Of a stretch of 64,000 bases of DNA, positions 1 through 10,069 are shown one piece after another. The DNA is taken from assembly GCA_044892505.1 (NCBI GenBank), contig CM097884.1, positions 20,398,001-20,462,000 on the forward strand, written 5' to 3'. Origin of the DNA: Schmidtea nova. Its lineage: Eukaryota. Every line of letters begins with the position of its first letter. The stretch's first letter is position 1. The notes beneath the pieces are model-generated. The model was not told the origin of the DNA. It made no database searches and saw only the letters and a program-made list of their open reading frames with translations. A program made the position numbers and the translations under genes.

Positions 1-49
1 GTGCATTAACCATTCTCGATATGTAGTAAATGCTTGCATAATTTTAGCC

Positions 50-622
50 ATGAACCCAATGCAACAGCTTGAGGAGATACGCACGTTATTACTGGACAAT
101 GCAAGACACAACAAGAAGGTCGACGCATGTTTGGCCGAACTGGAGGCTAAAGGATTCTCCAACACAGATGCACTCCAGCTGATGACCAGCCGAATGGAGA
201 AATTTCGGGCCCGCTGTCGCGAAATGGAAGCTACATGGTCTGATAAGGAAACAGTAGACCGATTGAAGAAACAGAATCAGCTACTGATGCAACAAGCCGC
301 CGAAGACGCAATGAGATTGCGGGCGTGTCGTGTCTCAATGCGAGAGCAGGAGCTCGTGAATCAAAAACTACGGGTAGATAGTGGCATCATCTTGGCCATA
401 CTACCTAAATCTTAACCTCCACCTCAGGAATTGTTCCCGGTGAGAGTGGAGGAAGAAATCACAGCATCAGCGGCTCCGATCAAGTCAAAACGTTGGAGGC
501 CCAGTAAAGGAGCAAGGGTCAGGAACAAGCGCCGTCAAGAAGCACGAGTATTAGGCCAATTGAGAGTAGAGGCCTCGAAACTTGGTGATTTGAACATTGA
601 CTTGACTAGTGCACGTTTTTGA
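50..622 (+). pseudogene. ~190-aa coiled-coil protein with basic/arginine-rich C-terminus, interrupted by one in-frame TAA (413-415); cassette copy 1
   Basis: ORFs 50-415 and 431-622 are in the same frame. Copy 2 reads through this position (DSGMISAVIPKLSRPTQELVPVRVEEE vs DSGIILAILPKS*PPPQELFPVRVEEE). No known family recognised. Confidence 0.7.
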
Positions 623-849
623 GTTGATCTTCTAATAAATGTTGTTTTATGCTGTAATTACAAGTATTCAATTAGGTTACTTTTGTTTGTTTGAATGAGG
701 ATACAGATAATAATAAAAGCGCTCAAATAAATTAAATGATTAATAAATGAATCACGAATTAGCGAAAATATTCAAATGGAAATCTCGTATGGAAAATCCA
801 CAGTGATAGAGCAGTTAATTTAAAGGGACAAAAATGGGCATTAAACCTT

Positions 850-1063
850 CTATCGGTAGCCCTTGGACCCAGGAGATATTCGGTCAATCATAGTTTCGTA
901 TTGACGACGCTCACTGATTGCGAATACCCACCCACTTGTTACAGTACCAACGTTACATAGTGACGGGTAACAAGATGGTTATTTCAATGTTTTATGTGTT
1001 GAGTTGTTGATGAGAGCCATAGCAACGTCAAGGTCATATTGACGATCAACAACCCACCAATAG
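850..1063 (-). ncRNA. Unclassified multi-helix structured RNA element, copy 1
   Basis: Closing helix 850-859/1054-1063; arms 877-890/915-926, 896-899/904-907, 935-942/967-974, 1003-1010/1046-1053, 1026-1031/1039-1044; four compensatory pair changes versus copy 2; G-U wobbles favour the minus strand. Confidence 0.6.
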
Positions 1064-1202
1064 CTAAAGAAAACTTGTTACGGTGACCCATCTATCTAAA
1101 CTTTATGCACTTCATTTATATTATAAAAATTAAATAAATTCTTTTATCTCCCAAACAGTTTGACATCAGTCCGGCTTCGAGCTGTACTGATGGAAGTAGT
1201 CT

Positions 1203-1251
1203 GGGCGGATCGCTGATTGGTTCGTGACTGACCAGCCCATTTTGCGCCAAA
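1203..1251. promoter_or_regulatory. Compact promoter-like cassette (GC box, Y/CCAAT box, E2F-like site)
   Basis: GGGCGG 1203-1208, CTGATTGGTT 1213-1222 and TTTGCGCCAAA 1241-1251 form a GC-rich island in AT-rich DNA. Confidence 0.35.
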
Positions 1252-4238
1252 GTTTTTACAATTGAAAATATTATTATAATGTGAAAAAGAAATTTTTTTA
1301 AAAATTTAATTTACTCAGTTATTCAGAAAAATTATAAATGAAAAAAGAATCAAATTGTTAATTATAAATTGTAAAATTATTTTATTTATAAAAATATCAA
1401 TTTATAATTTACCTCCTCTAAAAATTATAAATAAGCTAAAAAACATTCTTTGCATTATATTGCATCCATATCATTTATTAACACCATCTATAACTAATAC
1501 CGTACAAAAATTCATTCATTTACTAACACATACACTACATTCTTTCATTCAATAGCATCCATCAGCTCCACACATCCAGAAAATTCTCACAAGCACTCTT
1601 TTCAATCTCACCCATCAATGAATTACTTATTTCACAACATTCTATTCAACATACAGCCACTTATAATCAGCAGCACACATCCAGATAATCTCCACAGGCA
1701 CTCGCATAATCACATCCATTGACAATTGCCTATTGTATAAAAATCTCATTTTTTACACACAAAAACTACAGAGAAAATTTGCAATAAAACTGAACATAAT
1801 TATGAATATAAACTTGTACATCCCAACATCGTAACCCACAAATCTATCCAAGTAGCATATTTAACAATCTACATCAACACAAGTTAATCCCTCTCGCTTA
1901 TTATTACATTCACCCATAGCATAATACATCCATAACTGCATGAAAAATCAACTCATCCAACATCCAACATCCATAGCCAACGTCATACATAAGCAATTCA
2001 TTCTCAATAATACCCTATAAAACATAATATCTGTTTTATTAGAAATAATACTACCATAATGTACTAAACATTTCAGTTGTAACCTACGCCACCCAATACA
2101 TACATTCACACATCCACCATAACGAAGTAGTTATATTATAAGTTTCCCTTTTAGTTATAAATTTGTATGAAAACGAAAATCGGCACTCACATTTCTATTT
2201 GGTTAAAATACCTTTACAATAAAACCGGGTTTTATAGAAGAATATAATTAAAAAGCCGAAAATATATGACATTTTTATTACCCAATTACAAGATAATGTA
2301 GATGACTTACAATTTTCAAATTCTTTTTTATTATCTTGACACAAAATCATAGGAGAAAAATCTTGTGGAAATGAGATCTGTAAATCGACGATTGTAGATT
2401 GATGCTGGGAAAAATCCAATTATGGAACGCCGAAACGTAGATTCCTTTGACGTTCATTGATTTCAGTAATAAATTTCGATTGTACGAAGAAAAATAAAAT
2501 CCAATTTTAGCAAAAGTGCGATAAATTTCCGAATAGGATAAAAATCGAAATTTTCCATGAGGCGAATGAAGAGCGGATGGGCTAGTTGGTGATCATGATT
2601 CACTGCGAGTTGCCAAAAGGAACGCATAGAAATCGTAACGTAAACTCCATAGAAAAACCCATGAAAATATGATAAATTGCAGAAATCGAATAAAACTTTG
2701 GTAGACAATATACACGACAGATATAAAACAAAAATAAAATTGATTGTGACCATGTAAATTTGCACTTACGATGTTATTGGAGGAGAATCGAGTCGTTCTG
2801 TAGTTACCTTGGGAATTCTAGCTATCTAAAAATAAATATAATCGATAAATTTTGGGTTTATACAAGCACACAAATTAGAATTAAATATGGAATAATATAA
2901 GGGAAAAGAAAAATTCAAATAAGTTATATAAAAAGAATATAGAAAAATAAAATAGCAATAAAAGAAAGATAAAATAATAAAATAAAAATAAAATAATCGG
3001 AACTTAAAAGTGATTGCCGACGAAAAACCCCGAATTTAGACAATAATTTACAATAAATAGAATTAAAGAAGAATAAATTAAAAATAATCCAAAACCCTTA
3101 ACTGTAGTGCAATACTATCAACCAGCATAAAAACTAAAAATGTCTTCCAAAGAGAACAAATGCGTATAAAACTTAATGGAACAAATTTTATCGAATTAAA
3201 AAGGAAAACACAATAAAATAAGCTTTATTTAACATTTGAATTGAATAAATTTTAGCAAGATCCAAAGCATTACATAACCACTCATCATGAAAGTCCATGC
3301 ATAGATAGAGAGATGAAAGTTCATCTGAGAGGCCTAGTAAAATCCCAGGATGGCCTATTGAACGAAAAATCCGAAATTATTTTTTAACTTCTAAATAATT
3401 TTTCTTTTCATATCAAAAAGTGAAAATCATAACATTAAGCTATGAAATGTTAAATTCGCTTTGAATCGAAAAATCCAGTGTAAAATGGAAAGAACCAATT
3501 TTGGCGATTGCAGATTTGGATTCTGAAGCTGTAGATTGAGCGATAGAAGCGATGGGGCTACTAGAAAATTGAATATTAACACTAAAAACCGAAAAATGAG
3601 TATCACTTACCATCGAAATTTGTACTAAGAAAAAATCCGTTCCTATAAATAGAAATTGTAAATTGATATGTATTATGCAATCTAAAGATGCTATATTATA
3701 AATTAGCCAATAGAAATTTAGAAATCTTTGCTTACCATTTATACCTTCGGCCTGAGAACGATTAGGATCCGATTTCCTAACATAACATTTGATCTAGAAT
3801 TTGAAAAATAAAATTTACCTTCGTAATCTTAGCGAAATATATAGGGTAAAACGAATACAATACTGGGAAAGTCTACACCGTTGCCGTTACTAAGGCCTCG
3901 TTAAAAATTTTAAATTATAAATGTTCAAATTTTATTAATATCTCTCACACCACTAGGTAAAGGGGATTAGCCAAATTTAGTTAAATCTTTAATATAAAAA
4001 ATATACAAGAATTTTGAAGTTATAAATTTCGACAACTAAATTAGAAAACGGTGAACAAATAGATTTTTCCCCGAACATGATCTTCTTTTTCACATCCAAC
4101 CCCGAATTGAGGAGTGATGGCGTGGAGATTGTGATTGCCCAGGTTGGTGATTGTGTGAAAAAAGAGATTTTCATTTGCATGTTTTGATATTCAATGCTCG
4201 CATAAACGCGTTTTGAAAGTCCTATACTCATTTCAGAA

Positions 4239-4790
4239 ATGAATATCGAACAAAAGTTAGAGGAAATTTTTCGAATGACCGTGGAGAATGCTAAGCATAA
4301 TCGACGGGTCGATAAGTGCTTCGCCGAATAAGAAGCGATGAAATCGTCGAAAACGGAGGCATTGCGGAATGACTTCGCGCATATAGAACTTTCGAGCCCG
4401 TTGCCGGGAGATAAAGGCAACGTGGTCTAACAAAAAAATTATTGATAAACTCAAGAGTCAAGTTCAAATGTTATTACAGCAAAATTTTATTACTCTATGA
4501 GGTTACGAGCTTGCCGGGTAAACATCCGGGAAAATGAGGTTATCATCTCAAGATTATAAATGGATAGTGGAATGATATCTGCCGTGATACCCAAATTGAG
4601 TCGGCCGACCCAAGAGCTAGTTCCAGTGAGGGTCGAGGAAGAAATCTTGGCACCTCCAGCTCCGGAGAAACCAAAACGCTGGAAACCCAGCAAAAAGGTT
4701 AGAGCGCGAAGGAAGCGCCGACAAGAAGCGCGTCTAATAGGACAGTTACGCAAATCGTCGATCGAGACAATTGATATTACACTTGTGTGA
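4239..4790 (+). pseudogene. Decayed paralogue of the 50-622 coiled-coil/arginine-rich ORF; cassette copy 2
   Basis: MNIEQKLEEIF..NAKHNRRVDKCFAE*, RCREIKATWSNK, MRLRACRV and RWKPSKKVRARRKRRQEAR align to copy 1; contains stops and frameshifts. Confidence 0.75.
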
Positions 4791-5038
4791 TAACATCTTA
4801 TTTTTATTGAGTTATCGGTGTTAATTTGATTTATAAATTTGTAGCTCGTGTATATTATATTAAATTTTCTGTGATTATGAATTATTTTCTTTTATGGCTG
4901 GTATGATGGGAATGAATATATGATTAAACAGGTTTCATAAGAATCTTAAGGGTAAAATATTGACAATTGAATTCATCCGTGTAAACGAATAGAAGATATT
5001 GGAAAAACATCGAAGGGACGAAAAGGGCATTAAACCTT

Positions 5039-5251
5039 TTATCGGTAGCCCTTGGACCCAGGAAATATTCGGTCAATCATAGTTTCGAATTTTCGACGCT
5101 CACTAATTGCGAATACCCACCCATTTGTTGCATTACCAACGTTACATTGTGACGGGCAACAAAATGGTTAATCTAATGTTTTGTATGTTGAGTTGTTGAT
5201 GTGAGCCATAGCAGCGCCAAGGTCATGTTGACGGTCAACAACCTACCATAA
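5039..5251 (-). ncRNA. Unclassified structured RNA element, copy 2
   Basis: Homologous to 850-1063 with the same helices preserved by compensatory or wobble substitutions. Confidence 0.6.
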
Positions 5252-5256
5252 CGATT

Positions 5257-6040
5257 CTCAGACAATATAAACCTTTATTTATTATCACAGTTAGTTACAG
5301 GAATTAAAATAACACCATCGATTCAACACTCAAGTAGGCAATTATTCGGAGCTTATTACAACACTTCGTGAATAATAGCTCCAAGCGTATAATAACCAAC
5401 TACTCTTATAATCACTAGCCTCTGATTGACTCAACAATTGGGTAATATTATAAATGTGTTTATTACTAATAAGAAGTCGGTTGGTATCTGACTCCGGTGT
5501 TCTTTCGTTCACAAAATAAATTAGACCCAACACAGTAATCTTTATTTATCAACTCAATCACAACAATTTAAATCACAAAAAGTTACAATATTTGACTGCA
5601 CTCTTCTGCGTTAGGGTAGAAGACCCAATGGGATATCTCCCTTAATGTTACGCAAGAAGATCTAGTAAATTCAAATTCTATCTTTAGTTTTCTCTTAGAA
5701 TTTCCTCCTCTCGCTTCCACTAGTTTGCTTAATTTTCTATTCTCAAGATTTATCTTCGACTATTCTGGCCTTCTCAAAACTGGCTTCGACCAACTGGCGA
5801 GTACTGCAATTTTGACTTGCTTTTTATAGATATTTTTCGATTGGTCCTGTTACGCCTTAATGGATCTGTCAATTCGTTAATTAACTGGGCGCTGCCGCTA
5901 AGTGGGTTTTCCTGGGACGTTCTGCAAATAATCAAATTATTAATAAATTTATTGATGCCCCGGGTTTCCCATTAGGTAATTAATTATTTTAATTAATTTC
6001 TAATTTCTTAATATTTCTTTCTGGGGATCCCTTTTTAATT
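5257..6040 (-). repeat. Unclassified dispersed repeat, subfamily B
   Basis: About 5480-6040 matches 55500-56130 in reverse (ctgcactc..tgcgttagggtagaa.acccaatggga.atctccct); the terminal module is shared with 10070-11110 and 31000-31950. Confidence 0.65.
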
Positions 6041-6054
6041 TTATATACCAATAT

Positions 6055-6282
6055 TTGAATTCGTCTCACCATTTGGTATCTTCCCATACCAGTCTGGTAA
6101 AGTACAAAATGAAATATTTAAAATCATTGAAATATCCAATTATTAAAAATTGTGTGCCAATTGATAATGGAATTAAAGTAATGGCTCCTAATGTCATCAA
6201 AACAGATGAGAAAATACTTCACAAGCGTAAAGAAAGCTACATCATCCATCTCGATATGTGCTTTTCTTGGAAAGCTATTTAA
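6055..6282 (+). mobile_element. Possible Penelope-like GIY-YIG C-terminal remnant
   Basis: HLVSSH..IDNGIKVMA..HKRKESYII resembles the H..F.IL..R..KEAI tail of PLE endonucleases; weak. Confidence 0.3.
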
Positions 6283-6852
6283 ATCGAGAAGAGTTTTTTT
6301 AAAGAAACGAACTTTAAATTACTATTACCAAAATAAGTTTTTTTGTTATTAATAAATATGGAAGTCAAATAATTTTGTATTTGTTTTTTAAAGAATCGCA
6401 ACTGAAGCTAGCAAGTTGGCAACTTATATCAAGAACTACATAATTTCCAGTAGATTAATTTTGCATGCTAACATTATGTGAATAGTGAACATTGATTTTT
6501 TTAATAGAAGACTTTAAATTTTGTCTATTATAATGATTATTATTGTGTAGCTTTTAGCAGAGGTAAATCCCTTGATGGATTGCTTATCGAAGAATTAGAA
6601 TGCTCAAAGTTAACGGGAAAGACACCTTGAAATAATAATGCACTTGCAGAAATGGCGAGGGTGGGATCAGTTGATTTGGATTTTAATGGAGTCTTCTATG
6701 ATTTATATTGGTTTCGATGAGACCGTGTAACGGCATTGCACTTGTTAGCACACTATATAAGCACTATATGAACATCGACTTTCTTTAATTTAAAATTTTT
6801 CAAAAATTTTCTTTTGAATAATCTACGAATATTAATGTATTATTTATACTAG

Positions 6853-6993
6853 ATGTTAGGCATATATTCCATAACAAAAACAGCTCTTATAGGCATGGTT
6901 AAAGTGCTTTCTCAAGAATTAGCAAGTGATCCATTAAAAATTCGAGTGAATGGGATTGCTCCTGGAATTATCAAAACAAAATTTAGCAAAGCT
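6853..6993 (+). CDS. DHRS4: DHRS4-like short-chain dehydrogenase/reductase, internal exon
   Basis: MLGIYSITKTALIGMVKVLSQELA..IRVNGIAPGIIKTKFSKA contains the catalytic YxxxK; AG/GT boundaries; upstream exons were not found in the window. Confidence 0.9.
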
Positions 6994-7039
6994 GTAATAT
7001 AAATCTGTAATTATCATTAAAAATTTTCAATATAAATAG

Positions 7040-7095
7040 ATAATCGAAAATGAAACTATGCACGAAGAATTCATGAAAAATTTACACTTGAAAAG
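7040..7095 (+). CDS. DHRS4: DHRS4-like, penultimate exon
   Basis: IIENETMHEEFMKNLHLKR, flanked by 46-nt and 47-nt GT-AG introns with consistent phases. Confidence 0.85.
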
Positions 7096-7142
7096 GTATT
7101 TAATGTATTTTTTATTATTTTTGATAATCAAATTTATTCAAG

Positions 7143-7257
7143 GCTAGGCACGGGCGAAGATTGTGCAGGTTTAGCTGCATTTTTAGCTTCTGATGACGCT
7201 GCCTATATTACTGGTGAAACTATAGTTGTTGCAGGAGGTCTTTCTACAAGACTATAG
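7143..7257 (+). CDS. DHRS4: DHRS4-like, last coding exon
   Basis: RLGTGEDCAGLAAFLASDDAAYITGETIVVAGGLSTRL* matches the DHRS4 C-terminus (RLGEPEDCAG..ASYITGETVVVGGG..SRL). Confidence 0.9.
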
Positions 7258-7359
7258 ATATTTTAATAAATACTTTATAGATTACTTTGTAATACTTGAA
7301 AGTATAAAATTGTGACAAAATAGATTTAAAATAAACTTCAATCACAAATAAAAATATAA

Positions 7360-7484
7360 TCAATTTTCTTCTGAATTGTCTAACATTGGCATTTCATCAT
7401 CATGTGATATCGATAATCTGTTATATTTATGTGCAGTATTGATTTTGCTGTGTCTGATTCCGTAACCGAAGTAGAGGACAAAAC
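7360..7484 (-). CDS. SLC7A14: SLC7A14/CAT-like transporter exon 9 (last)
   Basis: GFVLYFGYGIRHSK...DNSEEN*; phase-1 acceptor joins exon 8 (WLGIG|FVLYFGYG). It falls below the ORF-track cutoff. Confidence 0.9.
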
Positions 7485-7619
7485 CTAAAAATTTATTTAT
7501 AAAAACTGATTTAACATATTCAATGGAAAAAGGTGAAATTTGTGTGTTGATATTAAAAAATGGTTTAAAAATAGAGATAATTAAACAAAATATGCTGGAA
7601 ACTTTAATTATTTTTTATA

Positions 7620-7915
7620 ACTAAGTAAAATACACGCTTGAAAAAGGCTGTGGCGAAAATTCGGGTAAATTTTTAAACAATTTGTTTTTGCCTACGTACC
7701 TTGAAAATTTTCTCGTGCATGCTAGTTGCAAGAAGACCAGAAAGAGTAATATTATGGAGCACAATAAAACATGTAAGAAAAGCATTGATATTTCCAATTT
7801 CAAAATATTGTATAGGGGTTTTAAAAATGATTATGAACGTGTTAATTGCGAGGCTTTGATGATAAAATCATTTAATCATAAAATAAACAAAATGCAATAT
7901 CTACGTGTATTTTGA
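7620..7915 (+). mobile_element. Penelope-like GIY-YIG C-terminal fragment
   Basis: EHNKTC..ISNFKILYRGFKNDYERVNCEALMIKSFNHKINK is homologous to 23267-23450. Confidence 0.75.
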
Positions 7916-8206
7916 GAGTTTTTAATTATTTTTACTCGAGTCAATCATAGTTTTATTGGATTTTGCACGTAATCACTAATAAGAGTATAAATAGGATTTA
8001 CAAAGCTGTATGATTATATACATCGTTCAAAGTAAAAAAAATTTTTCGTTCGAACTCCTTGCATCCAATATTAATATTGTCATTCTGAATTGTTGAATAT
8101 GGAATAGAACAATAAAGGTTAAAAAATATTTTAGACGGATGAGGTAAATAAGTATAGCTAGTAATGATAATAATATTATTTTAAAATGATTGTTTCTTGT
8201 TATCAG

Positions 8207-9789
8207 TAGTGGCGTAGCCAGGTTTCAACACCAGGAGGAGCGAGAAGATTAGAAAAGGCCCCACTTACCAAGATCAAAATAACTCATTTAATTTCAGTTA
8301 ATTATATCAATTGGGATACAGTTTTTACGCATTTATTTTTGCATTTTAAATATAAAAATAAAACACCAAGTCACCAACACCCATAAAGTTGCAATCAAAA
8401 ACAATAATGTTTAGTAATATCATAATGTGTTATTGTATTTGTATATCAGAAGAAACCAGTTACATCAGCCTTTTTCGCCTAGGCTTCATTTTAGCAAAGT
8501 AATCAATTACTTCGTTATAATCCACTTCACTAGCAAACTGTCTTTCAATCGTCATCAAAGCTAAACCTGACAACCTGTCTTCGCCAATTGTAGAACGTAC
8601 GTATGACTTAATGAGTTTGAGTCGGCTGAACGATCGTTCCGTGCTAGCACTGTTGATTGGCAAGGTTAGAAAAACGGGGTACAATGTGGACAGATTAGGA
8701 TAAATGTAACACATGTCATTGGCGATCATGAATTTCAGTACATTCTTGATGGTCATTTGACTCATTTCTTCGTCACTGGAATTGTCCTTATTATTAATAA
8801 TGATTATTTCCTTGTGCAGGTCTTTAAAAGAAAGAAACTCTTGAACAATTTCAGTTTTACTTTTGATGACGTCAGAGTACATCTCTGCCAGATAATATAA
8901 TTTGGTCACATTATCGGCGTTTCTAAAATGCTTTGGATCTAAACTAAATTTGGATTCCACGTTGTTAAAATGCTCAAATTTCTTAGTTGTGCTAGTGACA
9001 CTAGGTAGGTTTCAACCATAAACTGTTTTCGAGAATCAGATAGTCTTTCATCCTGTGGCATTTCCTCATGAAATCTCTTTCTATGCCGAACTCTTTGTTG
9101 CTTATAGTCAAAAGTAAAATCACATTTTTTTGCCAGCTCAGTTGCTTCATTCTTAATCTGTTTGAACTCAGATTCAAATTCACTTCGCATGTTTTTCATA
9201 TCGTTTTGAAATAGTTGAATCAAATGAGAAGCTGTTGCCAAATCAATACTACTTCTCTGCAAATATGTGGACAGACTGAAAGCCTTATTTAGCATTTTTT
9301 CCCATAATATTAAAATAACTAAAAATTCGTATGTATCAAGTGTTACAAGAATACCCTTTGCCTCAGCCACCTGTTTAGCAGTACAGTTTTTTTACTCACC
9401 ATCCACAATTCGTTGCAGGGCAACTAATAATGCTGGTAAATTCTGCAAGACTGCATCTACTGCTGATTTCCTGGATGCCCATCTGGTTTCGCAAAGTCTT
9501 TTTAAAGTTAATTCAAACGATTCTATATAATTGCATTGCTCTTCTTTTAATTTGGTACTTGGATAAGGAAATGTTAAACTATCGAATTTATAGACGGAGT
9601 GAACACAGTTTTTAACTTTTTATGTTATTGGAACGATTGAAATAAATAAATACAGCTTTGTGACTTGCAAAATTGGAAATTGAAATTATTGAATAAAGTA
9701 TTTGTTTTATTCTTGAAAAGGCCCAACATTTTGAAAAATGGTCTCAGGTGGAGCGGCCGCTCCCCCTGCTCCCCCTAGCTAAGCCCCTG
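8207..9789 (-). mobile_element. Internally deleted hAT DNA transposon (ZMYM1/THAP12-like transposase C-half)
   Basis: 8-bp TSD GTTATCAG (8199-8206 and 9790-9797); imperfect TIR tagtggcgtagc/caggggcttagc; LCETRW motif and dimerisation domain LPINSASTERSFSRLKLIK; frameshifted. Confidence 0.9.
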
Positions 9790-10069
9790 GTTATCAGCAT
9801 TAATTATATATTAAATAGCTAGTCCGATTCGCACCGCTGAAATCGGATAATTATGTTTGTTTATATGGCCTTGGATGGTTTTAGAAGATAAGAATAAAAA
9901 ATATGCAAAATATTTTTTTCAAAATATTAAATTATAAATAACTGTTGTGGCATCAAAACAATTTATTCAAAAAGTTAGAATATTAAAAATTTCCTAGTGT
10001 ATTATATTACAAAGGCAGCTTAATACTGTTGAAGATACCTAAATTAAAAATAATATGAGAAATAAATAA

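Noticed and set aside
50-622. Hepatitis delta antigen or Obelisk Oblin similarity
   Set aside because: Only size and charge are similar; there are no shared motifs and no rod-like whole-element complementarity
823-875. Twister or pistol-like motifs (TTAAA, AGCCCT, GTCCAAG)
   Set aside because: The required helices and pseudoknots could not be built
877-926. Minus-strand TCAGTGAG...CGAAAC as a hammerhead
   Set aside because: The core reads UCAGUGA rather than CUGANGA, the CGA is consumed by the covarying hairpin, and no UH cleavage triplet follows stem III
6550-6780. Upstream DHRS4 exon
   Set aside because: No SDR motifs in any frame; the N-terminal exons were not found in the window
7636-7672. 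CTTGAAAAAGGC..GCGAAA hammerhead variant (also ~43823)
   Set aside because: The core is non-canonical and stems I and II are too weak to support a call
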